From Paramoeba atlantica (lineage: Eukaryota; Protista; Discosea): a DNA stretch of 64,000 nucleotides. Below are positions 51,001 to 62,136 of the stretch, in pieces (position 1 is the first letter of the stretch; every line of letters begins with the position of its first letter). The notes below the pieces were generated by a model, which was given only the letters and a program-made list of their open reading frames with translations, ran no database searches and had not been told where the DNA came from. The stretch is taken from assembly GCA_977017575.1 (NCBI GenBank), contig CDRNVI010000153.1, positions 1 to 64,000 of the forward strand, given 5' to 3'. The position numbers and the translations under genes were made by a program.

Positions 51001-51548
51001 CTTCTCCCTCTCCTTCTCCCTCTCCATCACCATTCAGTTCACCATCTCCATTTCCATCACCAATGATTTCCCCATCTCCATCTCCATCACCATTTAGTTC
51101 ACCATCTCCCTCTCCATCACCATTCAGTTCACCAGGAACAAGTCTTGGAATTCGAAAAATTGGCGAAACTTCAAAGCAACTGACCGCGGGGATTACTGAT
51201 GGTTATGTGAGACCAAGCAATTGGCTGGTTGCTGATGATTCGACCAGATGGAATGTTATCCTTCAAGGACCGATGAAGCAAGGAGAAGAACATATGTTAG
51301 CCGTTGATGATCAGTACTTATGTTTTAATGGCATCTACTTTACTCTTGAACCTGTGACCAGTCTTACTTGGTCCAACAAATGTCGATATTTGCTTACCAA
51401 TGGCGCAAGCCCCAATGGAGAAGCGATTGTTGCAGGAAGCACGTTCTTTATGCTCTGGAATAATAATACTTGTCTTGAATACCATGGGGGCCTGTTTGAT
51501 CTTTGGTCTGGAGAGTGCCTTGGTGATGGTCTTCATGAAGCTTTCTGA
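48053..51548 (+). CDS. Secreted Ser-Pro-repeat (mucin/HRGP-like) glycoprotein with Cys-rich N-domain, internal Cys module and C-terminal globular domain
   Basis: Signal peptide at 48053, Cys-rich exon 1 to ~48532, one intron, then an in-frame exon with ~550 aa of SPSPSPTP repeats, [26 protein letters not shown], a further ~145 aa of SP, then the shared domain. Stop TGA at 51546. Confidence 0.88.
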
Positions 51549-52517
51549 TCTACAAAATCTCTCGGAGCTTTCTAATCTACAAAATCAACCTCCGTCTCAA
51601 AATTAACATTGACTACATTTTCTTCCTCTTCCTCTGCAACAAAAGAAGAAGCGAATTGTTTGCCACTTATCCCAAAAAGTTGTTTCTAACCTGAAAGTTT
51701 TGGATTGAAGGAGAAGAAGAAGAATACCCAGGCAGCTTCACACCTTGGCTTTTTCAGCTACGAGCCTTCTTTTCCTGGCACTCTTTGATGACATCCAAAG
51801 GAATGAATTCTGAGAAAACTTCTTTTGTTACCCCTGTGTGTTGTTTGTACCACCTCCTGTGTTTCGTTTGCAAGAAAAACGAAAAAAAAAAAAAGACTTT
51901 TTTGGTATGGACTTTCACATAAATAAATTAAGTGGGAGTCGGCTTCTTTTTTTTCTTTGGTGGGAATCTTTGGATGAAAGAGCAAAGAAAGAAAGAAAAG
52001 AGAAAGCAAAAGCTGAGAAGAGAAATGTGGAAGTTCAGATGGAAGAAGAAGAAGATGAAGGGAATTTTCCCTCTGATAAGAGGGGGAAAAAACATCACTA
52101 TTCAAAGGATTGACCCTTGAAGGATTCTATTCCACTCCCTTTTTCTAATTTATATTACTGCCTTCAAAGGATGTGATGCTTTCAGGTTGCTCTCGTCTCC
52201 CAATACCAAATTGCAAATACAACAAGTGAAGTGGAAGGAGAAAAATAAAACCCATCAATTCTTTTGGAGGGGAGTCCTTGGAGAAAACACATCAACAAAA
52301 TCAAAAAACACGAAAAAGTATTGTCTCCATTGTTTGAATCATCAAGAGTCTCTTCATTTTGGATTCCAAAAACGAATTCAAAATGATCTTTATTCTTCCA
52401 CATGGTAAATGGGAATTTGTGGATCTTTGTTGAATGTTTGTTGTGTTTTTTGAAAAGGGTTGTTTTCTTTTTTTTTTGAGAATGAAATATTGTGTTGTAA
52501 TCTTACTCTTTCTCTTT

Positions 52518-55500
52518 TTAATTGTCACAAAAGACATAATCATAACCATATTTGTCGACACATGTATCCACAATTTGTAATACTCGAACTGTTAAAAAGT
52601 CAAAAGAAAGAAAAAGAAAAAGAAAAAAGAAAAAGAAAAAGAAAATGAGAAGATACGTGCACGAGAATGAATTCCTTGGACAAAGGGGAAATTTTCCAAA
52701 AACTCCTTTCATTTTTTAAATATTAAACAATTTCCAACAAAACAAAAACTCAAAAGAAATTTAAACTTGCCAATCAACTCCATATGAAGTGAAAAATGGT
52801 TCAGCCTGAATCCCAAAAAAAAAAATGAATATTTGAAAGAAAAAAAAAATAAATAAATCAATTGAATGTCCAAAAAAAAAAAAAGAATAAAAAAAGAAAA
52901 AATAAACATGTTTGTTGAGTTCTGTTAGGGTTGAAACTAAACTTGAAGCGACGGTATTTGTGACAACAAGTTGCCTATGTGTTCAACAACAATTTTAAAA
53001 AAAAAAATGAAAGAAAGAAAAATTCGATAATAATTAAAATAATAATAAAATGAAATGAAAAATGAAATGAAACTTGAGTTTGGCATAAGGTGGATGATAA
53101 AATTTACAAATATCTCCCATCATTTTAGGTGCAATATCAAGGTAAGCAGATCGATCCGTCTGCCATTAATAAATTATTTCATTGGCAAATGAAATTACAA
53201 AAAGAAACAATGGCAAATGAAATTACAAAAAGAAATAATGGCAAATGGAATTACAAAAAGAAATAATGACAAATGAATTTACAAAAAGAAATAAATACAA
53301 ATGAAAAAAAAATCACAAATTAAGAATTATGAATTTAATAAAAAGGTGCATTAAAAATTTTCTTTTTTCTTTTTCTTTTTCTTTTTTGAATGAAAAGAAA
53401 AGAAATGGTATTATTAACCTGATCGTAAACTAGATTGTTTTGGTCCATAAATAAGATTACCTATTTCTTTTATGGTGAGATAAAAAAAAAAGAGAAAAAA
53501 AGAAAGAAAAAAGAAAAGAAAAAGAAAGAAAATTTTCAAAAACCTTCTCACCATCATCAGAAGGAATTATAAAATGATTCATATTCGCTCGATCTCTATT
53601 TTTGAATTCTATTATTTTCCAATAAAATCAAATTTTTCAATTTTGAATTTGATTTCAAAGAAAAAAGAAAAAGAAAAAAGAAATACAAACACATTTCCAA
53701 TGAGAGTATCATACATTACAAGTGTCCCCAACTCTCTCCCATGATAGACATCAAAGTAAGAATTGACTAAGAAAAAGAGAAAGAGAAAGAAAAGAAAGAA
53801 GAAAGAGAAAAAGAAAAAGAGAAAGAAAAGAAAAGAAGAAAAGGTTAGAAGGAAGAAACTAAGGAAAGAGAGGAAAATAGAACTTTGATTTGCAACTCTC
53901 CCAAGTAAAACCTGAAAAGACAAATCAATAAAAGAGAAAAGAGAGAAAGAAAGAGAAAGAGGAGAAAGAGAAAGAGAGAAAGGAGAGAGAAGAAAGAGAG
54001 AAAGAGAGAAGACCTCATGAGATCCCTCAACAAAAAAAAGTGCGGTTGTCAAAAAAAAAAGACCTTTTCGATTCTCGTTACTGCAATTAAATAAATTAAA
54101 TTAAATTAATAAATGAGTAAATAAAAAATGAATAAATCAAGAAATTATTCTCATAATTCAATTCTTGAATTTATTTCTTTTCAGATAATTTTCTCTTTCC
54201 TTCCCTTCCTTTCCTCTTCTCTCCTTTTCTCTTTCTCTTTCTTTCTTTTTTTCTTGAGGTGCAAAAAAAAAAACCTTTGATCAATAGAATCTCGAATTGC
54301 CCTATTGAATTAATTGGTTAAATTTCTGAAAAAAAATTAAAGTCAAAATTAAAAAGTAAAAGTAAAAAAGAAAAAGAAAAAGTAAAAGTAAAGTAAAAAG
54401 TAAAAGAAAAAAGAAAAAAGAAAAAAGAAAAAAGAAAAAAGAAAAAAAAAACGTATAATTAATTTCACATTTCCTCATAGTTTCCTGTCCCCTTAAATTA
54501 AAATCTCTTTTTCTCCTCTTTCTCTCTTTCAGAATTTCTTTCCTTCTTTTTCTCTCTCTCTTTTTAGTCAACTTACCTTTTGGACATCAGGAAGATTGGT
54601 TTGATCCAAGATGGAGTTATGTAAGGGGAAAAAGAAGGCTGAAGAAGAAAAGAAAAAGAAGAAAAGAAAGAAAAAGAAATTAATTTTTAAAAAGAACAAA
54701 AAAGAAAAGAACAAAAAAAAAAAGCAAAAAATAAAAAAAGCAAAAAATAAAAAAAGCAAAAAAAAAATAAAAAATAAAAAAAAAATAATCATAATAATAA
54801 TAAAATAATAATAACAAAAACCAGGGACAGTACGATTAAAACCAAGCAAACGATCAACAGCAAAAGCACACTCCTCATTACCAAAACGGGGAGGGAGCGT
54901 CACGGTCGGAACGGATGATGGCGTCACAACATTGTGACCATTTGTTTCCATGTTAAAATGCGAATTCATTTTTTTTTCTGCTGTGAGAAAATAGGGAGAT
55001 TTTCTTGATTCGTCTTTTGTTTTTGGGGAGAGAGGGGAGAGAGAAGAGAGAGAGGAGAGAGAGGAGAGAGAGAGAGAAAAGAGAGTGAGAAAAGAAAAGA
55101 AAGGAAAGGGAGAAATATGTCAATAAAAGCGAAGAACATATTGAAGAAAAGAAAGAGAGGAAGAGAAGAAAGAGAAAGAAAAAAGAGAGAGAAAGAAAAG
55201 AGAGAGAGAAAACCTGTGTGCGGGTAAAGTTTAATAACATATTTTCGATCAAGAAGAGTTCCAAAAAACTTCGCAGTACAACTTACTGGTAATGATGTTG
55301 CTGCTTTGAAATTCTATTTTTTTATTATTATTATATTCTAGATAGAATTGAAATTGAATTGAATTGAAAGATAAATAGTTGAAAGATAAAATGAAGAAGA
55401 AGAAGAAGAAAAAACGGAGAAAAAAGAGAGAGAAAAAAAGAAAAAGAAAAAAGAAAAGGAAAAAAGAAAAAGGAAAAGAAAAAGGAAAAGAAAAAAGAAA

Positions 55501-56842
55501 AAAGAAAAAAGAAAAAAGAAAAAAGAAAAGAAAAAGAAAAGAAAAAGAAAGAAAAAGAAAAGAAAGAAAAAAAAAAAGAAAAAAAAAGAAAAAAAAAAAA
55601 AAAAGAAAAAAAAAGAAAAAAAAAGAAAAAAAAAGAAAAAAAAAGAAAAAAAAAAAGAAAAAAAAAAAGAAAAATGAGAAGAGAGAGAGAGAGCGAGCAA
55701 GAAAAAGATCGAGAGAAAGAAAGAGAGAGAGAGAACAGTGAGAAATTTATCCAAATATGCTTGAGAGTCTTGGAGAAAAGAAAGAGAGAAAGAAGAGAGA
55801 GAAAGAGAGAACAGTGAGAGAGAGAAGAAAGAGAAGAAAGAGAGAGAACAGTGAGAGATTTATCCAAATATACTTTATAGTCTCTTGGAGAAATCTATTT
55901 GTTTTTCTAATGAATAATTTTCTTTTTCTTTTTTCTTTTTTTCTTTTTTTTCTTTTCTTTTTTTCTTTCTTTTTCTTTTTTTTCTTTTTCTTTTTCTTTC
56001 TTTTTTTTTCTTTTTCTTTTTTTTTCTTTTTTTTTCTTTCTTTTTCTTTCTTTTTCTTTCTTTTCTTTTTCTTTTCTTTTTCTTATCTTTTTCTTATCTT
56101 CTTCTCTCTCTTCTCAAAACAACAGAACAAACATTTGGAACACTTTGAGAATGAGAAGAAAACCCCTCTTCTCTCCTCGTCTCTTTTTTTCTTTTTTCTT
56201 TTCTCTCTTCTCTCTCTTCTCTCTTCTCTCTCTTCTTCTCTCCCCCAAACCTGAAAATCATCAATCCTCGGAGCAAACAAAGGAACAAACAAATGAGAAA
56301 CATTTGGAGCTCGCTGAGGACAAGAAGAAAATCTTCTCTTTTTCTTTTTTCTTTCTTTTTTCTTTTATCTTTTATCTTTTATCTTTTATCTTTTTTCTCT
56401 TTTCTCTCTCTCTCCTCCCAAACCTGAAAACCATCAATCCTCGGAGCAAACAAAGGAACAAACAAATGAGAAACATTTGGAGCTCGTTGAGGACAAGAAG
56501 AAAACCCCTCCATCTCCTCTTTTTCTTTTTTTTCTTTTTTCTTTTTTTCTTTTTTCTTTTTTTCTTTTTTTCTTTTTTTCTTTTTTCTTTTTTCTTTTCT
56601 CTCTCTCTCCCCCAAACCTGAAAACCATCAATCCTCGGAGCAAACAAAGGAACAAACAAATGAGAAACATTCGGAGCTCGCTGAGGACAAGAAGAAAACC
56701 CCTCCATCTTCTTCGGAACAGGATCCATCTCCCCAACAACCCAAATCAGAAAAGAGAGAGAAGAGAAGAAGAAGAGAAAGACAGCCCCCAGAACCCACCA
56801 CATTCTCCCTCCCAACAGTCTTCTCGTCTCTCTTCTCAACAT
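52518..56842 (-). CDS. FAM20C/four-jointed-like secretory-pathway (Golgi) kinase, type II membrane protein, many micro-exons
   Basis: TM anchor WVLGAVFLFFFSSLSFLIWVVG. EECAFAVDRLLGFNRTVP (~54823-54880). Splicing at 53691/53595 gives YDTLIGNVDRANMNHF. The 42-nt exon 53419-53460 gives VILFMDQN. C-terminus RVLQIVDTCVDKYG..VF. These parallel FAM20C EIAAFHLDRIL, DFLMGNMDRH, HLDNG and RVVLKAVRDCVERNG. Confidence 0.8.
56225..56710 (-). repeat. Three tandem copies of a ~90-nt exon (FSSCPQRAPNVSHLFVPLFAPRIDGFQ) in the kinase stem
   Basis: Near-identical units at ~56592-56695, ~56420-56515 and ~56230-56330, each ending CAG/GTTTGG. Confidence 0.85.
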
Positions 56843-57354
56843 TCTTCTCCCAAGTCCAAGTCTTCTCGAATTCGTCTTTGGTTGTTTTTTCTTTTTTCTT
56901 TTTTCTTTTTCTTTTTCTTTTTCTTTTTCTTTTTCTTTTTCTTTCTTTTTCAATGCCTCACTGAACAAACAAAAAAAAAACGAAAAAAAGAGGCTTTTTT
57001 TAGAACTCCAGAAAAAAGGACCAGAAAAAGAACTTCTTTTTCAAAAAACTCATATTTTGAAGATCATGGATTTTTCTTTTCTTTTTTAATTCAAAAGATT
57101 TGTTTTTGAAAATCATTCAATTAAGAAAAAAAATTCATTTTAACTCAATTCTGTTTTTATTTCTTTTGAGAGAAGAAGAGAGGGAGAGAAAAGAGAAAAG
57201 AATGAGAGAATGAAGAAGAGAACGAAGAAGAGAACAAGAGAAAAGAAGAAATTCTTCATCATAGCCAACTTAACTTAAGAAGGAAGAAGAGAGAAGAGAG
57301 AGAAGAGAGAGAAGAGAGAGAAGAGAGAAGAGAGAAGAGAGAGAAAAATCGTTA

Positions 57355-57616
57355 TCCAGGACCTTCACTAATAACATGAAACTTAACAGTAGAACCACAA
57401 ATCATCTTAACAACAAACTCAGCGCCATTTTTAATAAAGAGAAGAACTAAGAAGGAAGAGAGAAGAGAGAAGAGAGAAGAGAGAAGAGAGAAGAGAGAAG
57501 AGAGAAGAGAGAAGAGAAAAGAGAGAAGAAGAAAATCATCATCCAGGACCTTCACTAATAACATGAAACTTAACAGTAGAACCACAAATCATCTTAACAA
57601 CAAACTCAGCGCCATT
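57355..57616. repeat. Tandem duplication of the last ~75 bp of the phosphatase ORF, flanked by (GAGAAGA)n
   Basis: ATCCAGGACC..CAGCGCCATT occurs at ~57355-57430 and ~57541-57616. Confidence 0.9.
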
Positions 57617-59158
57617 ATAATAAAGCTTATTACGATCACCCCTCATAGAACGATAAATTTTGGTCTCTCCATCTTTCTTTCTCAATCGATGTTTCTCCCA
57701 CCACCCCTTTCGAGCAATAAATCCAACTTGATTTAACCCCAAAGTCATAAAAGTTTGATTTGGTTCTTTAATACTAAACAATTCTCTTTCTCCTCGAATG
57801 ATAAGAACAGTTGCGAGTGCTTTAACCTTAGTAGGATAAGCTGTTCCGGTTTCATGATGGCATAAAAAGACATCGTCAACTTGTACGAGACATTTCCATC
57901 TTCCTTTTTTTTCCAATAAATCCCAAGGATCAACAACTGGGTAATCTAGAGCAGGAGGAGGAGAAGGTAGTGGTTGAATTAACGGGTCTTTTCGAATCTC
58001 TTCAACATACGCAACTTCAACGTTTGAAGAATCGTCACTCTCCATCTCGTAAAAGATCATACGAATGACATCATGAAAGACTTCTACAACTGCAAACCCA
58101 TTTCGCATTCTACAAATATAATGTGTAGCATTTTTTACCACTGTCGCGAGAGAGGGAGTGGAAGTTCCACCAACAGAAGAACCAAGCGATGATGAAGATG
58201 AAGATGATGAAGATGAAGATGAAGATGAAGATGATGAAGATGAAGATGAAGGTGAAGGTGAAGATGAAGATGAAGATTTCTTTTTTAAATCATACTCTTC
58301 CTCGTCTTCCAATTTACTAGCAAGTGGAACAGAATTTAAACTATCTGGCAAAGCATCACGAGACCCACATCGCCTTGAACTCGCCCCAATAATCGGAAAC
58401 AAACATCGATCTCCAGGTCTCTTTTTCCTACAACTCATCAAATGCTCATGTCCAGCAATATACAAATCACAATGGTGTCGAAGCAATTCTGACAATCCCC
58501 GTTTCTGTTGTTGTTGGAGTAAAGTCCCATGAATAAAAGTCTCAGTCCAAACATCATACCCAATCAGCTTTGAGAAAAAATTATTTTGTTTCCGAAAATT
58601 CTCGTATTGGATCGGATGATGTCCAACAACAATCTTCCATCTCTCTGGTCGATCAAGAAGATATTGTTCCAATGCAAGTTGTTGATTTTCCCACCAGTGA
58701 GGATCATTCTTCGTAAAAAATCCAGGTGCATCTCCAAAAGCTGGTCTTCTTTGTGGAGTATAAGGATGTTTGTTGGTATTGATGATATAAATATCAGCTG
58801 AATGAGTATCAACACAAGTCACTTGAAAAGCAGGAGCAGGTTGGAAAACCTCTGCATTCCAACGATACATTTCGATTGAATCAAGATCATGATTCCCAAG
58901 CGCGGCAATCCAAGGAATATCAGGAATCATTTCACTCATTTGAGACTTCCAATCGGTGGTGTCTTTTTCGTTTGGATGTCGACCTTTGATATACAGATTA
59001 TCTCCAGAAGAAATAACGAGTGTTGCTTTTTCTCCCTCTGGCCACTTCTCTTGCATCTCTTTCATCGCTTTTCCGATATTCCCTCGCCTCGCCCCAGACT
59101 TTCCTGGATCCCCAATGACAAAGAAACGGAATTCCAATCCATCTTCCCCTGCCGCCAT
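57539..59158 (-). CDS. Metallophosphoesterase of the purple/tartrate-resistant acid phosphatase type with a Ser-rich insert and an unknown C-terminal domain, intronless
   Basis: IGDPG, SGDNLY, LGNHD, VGHHP and AGHEH metal-binding motifs. First ATG at 59158. Confidence 0.9.
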   Translation of the reverse strand: MAAGEDGLEFRFFVIGDPGKSGARRGNIGKAMKEMQEKWPEGEKATLVISSGDNLYIKGRHPNEKDTTDWKSQMSEMIPDIPWIAALGNHDLDSIEMYRWNAEVFQPAPAFQVTCVDTHSADIYIINTNKHPYTPQRRPAFGDAPGFFTKNDPHWWENQQLALEQYLLDRPERWKIVVGHHPIQYENFRKQNNFFSKLIGYDVWTETFIHGTLLQQQQKRGLSELLRHHCDLYIAGHEHLMSCRKKRPGDRCLFPIIGASSRRCGSRDALPDSLNSVPLASKLEDEEEYDLKKKSSSSSSPSPSSSSSSSSSSSSSSSSSSSSSLGSSVGGTSTPSLATVVKNATHYICRMRNGFAVVEVFHDVIRMIFYEMESDDSSNVEVAYVEEIRKDPLIQPLPSPPPALDYPVVDPWDLLEKKGRWKCLVQVDDVFLCHHETGTAYPTKVKALATVLIIRGERELFSIKEPNQTFMTLGLNQVGFIARKGWWEKHRLRKKDGETKIYRSMRGDRNKLYYNGAEFVVKMICGSTVKFHVISEGPG

Positions 59159-59507
59159 CACTTTACAAAAAAAAACACAAGGAATGGGAGAGAAAAAAAA
59201 CAACAAACAAAACAAAGAACAAAACAAAAAACGAAACTCTCTCAACCGAAAAATCAAAGAAAAATAGTTCCAAACAACCGCCTTTAAAATTAAGAGCTCC
59301 AAAAAGAAAGGTTTTTTTTTTGTTTTTCACTTTTATCCGAAACTCCCTTGAAAAAAAAACTCAAATTCAACCCTAACATTTAGAGACGTATTTTTTAGAA
59401 ACATAGTGCTATTTTTTTTTTTGATTTTCAGCATTTTGATTCTCTTTCTCTCTTTCTCTCTCTTCTCTTCTCTCTTCTCCCCTTTTGTGTCACAAAAAAG
59501 AAAGAAG

Positions 59508-61953
59508 ATGGCAAAAGAAGAAAAACATTTAGAAGAAAATCAATTCGAAGAAGACCATTCCAAACTTTTTCCTGCTGTTGCGTCCGGACATGGAGATGTT
59601 GTCGAAGAAATTCTTCTTAAATACAAAAACAAAGTTGGTTTTGTTGACTACATTGAAGAGGTTTTTTTTCTTTTAAAATTTTTATTCTTTCTCTTTTCTT
59701 TTCTCTCTTTTCTTTCTCTCTTTTCTTTCTCTCTTTCTATTTTAAAATTTCTTCACTTTTAAAGTCTTCTCAAGGATGGAGCCTTCTTCACTCAGCTGTC
59801 GAGATGGGGCATGAAAAAATTGTGGAAATTCTTATTGAACATGGAGCCAATGTCAATCTTCAATCCACAGTTTTCATTTTTTTTCTTTTTTTTTCTTTTC
59901 TTTTTTTCTTTTTTTCTTTTCTTTTTTTCTTTTTTTCTTTCTTTTTTCATTTTCTTTTGGTTTGTTGTGATGGTCTGTTTTTTGATTTGTTTTTCTTTTT
60001 TTTTACCAACTTCTTTTTGTTAAAGTATGGATGGACCGCTCTTCACATAGCTGCTTTGGATGGTTTTGAACAAATTGTGAAAATTCTTATTGAACATGGA
60101 TCCAATGTCAATCTTCAAGATAAAGTATTTTCATTTTCTTTTTTCATTTTCTTTTTTGATTCAGTTTTCATTTTCTTTTTTTCAATTCTCTTTTTATTTG
60201 TTGTTTGTTTTCTTATTGGTCTGTTTTTTTTTTTTTTTGATGTGATTTGTTTTTGTTTTTTAACTTCTTTTTTGTGTGTGTTAGGATGGAGAGACCGCTC
60301 TTCACAGAGCTGCTTTGCAAAGTTTTAAAGATATTCTCAAAATTCTTGTTGAACATGGAACCAATGTTAATCTTCAAGATCAGGTTTTTCATTTTATTTT
60401 TCATTTTATTTTGAGTTCTTGTCATTTTTTATTTTTTGTAGTTTTTTTAAAATACTTTTTTATTTGTTCAAATATGTTTGTGTGGGGGTGATGGTTGTAT
60501 GTGATTTGTTTTATTCTTTTTTTAAAACTTCTTCTTTTTGTGTTAGTTTGGACAGACCGCTCTTCACAAAGCTACTTGGAATGGTAAGGAACAAACTTTA
60601 CAAGAAATTGTGAAAATTCTTGTTGAGCATGGATCCAATAGTGATCTTCAAGATCAGGTTTTCATTTTCTTATTTTGATTTTCTTTTTTCTTCTCATTTT
60701 TTTATTAGTTGTTTTTTCTCTTGGTTGGTTGTTTTAATGTGATGGTGTGGATGAATGTGTAATTTCTTTTGTTCTTTTTTTTTAATTTCTTTTGCTAAGG
60801 ATGGTGAGACTGCGCTTCACAACGTTGCTGACAGAGGTTTTGCAGAAATTGTGAAAATTCTTGTTGAACATGGAGCCAACATTAATATTCAAACCACAGT
60901 CCTTTGATTTTCTTTTTCTTCTCATTTTTGTTAGTTGTTTTGGTTATTTTGGTGTGATGGGCGTGGGTGAGATGGTGAGATGTGTGATTTGTTTTGTTCT
61001 TTTTTTAAAACTTCTTTTTGTGTTAGGATGGAAAGACTGCTCTTCACAAAGCTGCTGAACAAGGTTCTGAAGAAGTTATGAAATTTCTTGTTGAACATGG
61101 GGCCAACATTCAACTTGATCTTCAAGCTGAAGTTCTCATTTTCTTTTTCATTTTCTTTTATTTGTTGTTTGTTTTCTTATTGGTCTGTTTTTGATGTGAT
61201 TTGTTTTTTTTTAATTTTTTTTTTTTGTTCTTTTTTTAAAACTTCTTTTTGTGTTAGGATGGCGAGACTGCTCTTCACAAAGCTGCTGAGTATGATTATA
61301 AAGAAATTGTGAAAATTCTTGCTGAGCATGGAGCCAACATTAATATTCAAACCAAAGTTTTCATTTTCTTTTTGATTTTCTTTAGTCTTTGTTTGTTGTT
61401 TATTGGTTGTTTTGATTGTGATGGTGAGATGGTGAGATGGTGGAATGTGATGATTTGTTTTGTTCTTTTTTTAAAACTTCTTTTTGTGTCAGGATGGAAA
61501 GACTGCTCTTCACAAAGCTGCTGAGAACGGTTTTGAAGAAATTATCAAAATTCTTGTTGAACATGGAGCCAACATTCAACTTCAAACTAAAGTTTTCATT
61601 TTCTTTTTGTATTTTGAATTGTTTGGTTTTTATTGGATTGTTGATTTGTGTTGGAGGGTGGAGTGAGAATTGGAGAGTGGTTCTTTTTTTTTTGAAACTT
61701 TTCTTTTCTTTTTTGTGTTAGGATGGTAAAACAGCCTTTGATATTGCGAAAGATCAGAACATTGTTGAATTGATCACCCAATTGAAGGTTTCTTTTTTTT
61801 TTTCATTTTTTTTTTTTCATTTTTTCTTTATTCATTTTTTTTCTTCATAATCAATTGGAGTGTGTAATAATGAATGTTTATCTCATATTGTTTTTTTTTC
61901 TTTGGTTGTAGGGACGAACAATAAAACCAGCTCGAGTGAAAAAAGAAAATTAA
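59508..61953 (+). CDS. Ankyrin-repeat protein, ~8 single-repeat exons
   Basis: Repeated exons DG.TALH.AA..G.EEIVKILVEHGANINIQ. ATG at 59508, TAA at 61951-61953. Confidence 0.9.
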
Positions 61954-62136
61954 GTTTTGAGAGTTTGAGAATAAAATAAATAGAATATTGTCTGAAGCCT
62001 TGTTTGGGGAGAGAGAGGAAGAAGTCATATGAAACACAAAGACAACAAAGAGAACACAATAATTATTCAGTAATAATAAAATTATTAAAGATAAAAATAC
62101 AACAAAAATATGGTTCAAAAATCAAGAGCTCTAAAA

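Noticed and set aside
51760-52420. CpG-poor degenerate coding-like stretch; similar ones at 3.1-4.9, 5.7-7.2 and 15.25-16.1 kb
   Set aside because: No recognisable motif in any frame, so it cannot be assigned without a search.
53300-57300. Numerous Phe-rich or Lys/Arg-rich ORFs here and at 1.2-1.7, 8.0, 20.2, 28.6-29.7 and 63.0-63.5 kb
   Set aside because: Translations of T-rich or A-rich introns and microsatellites.
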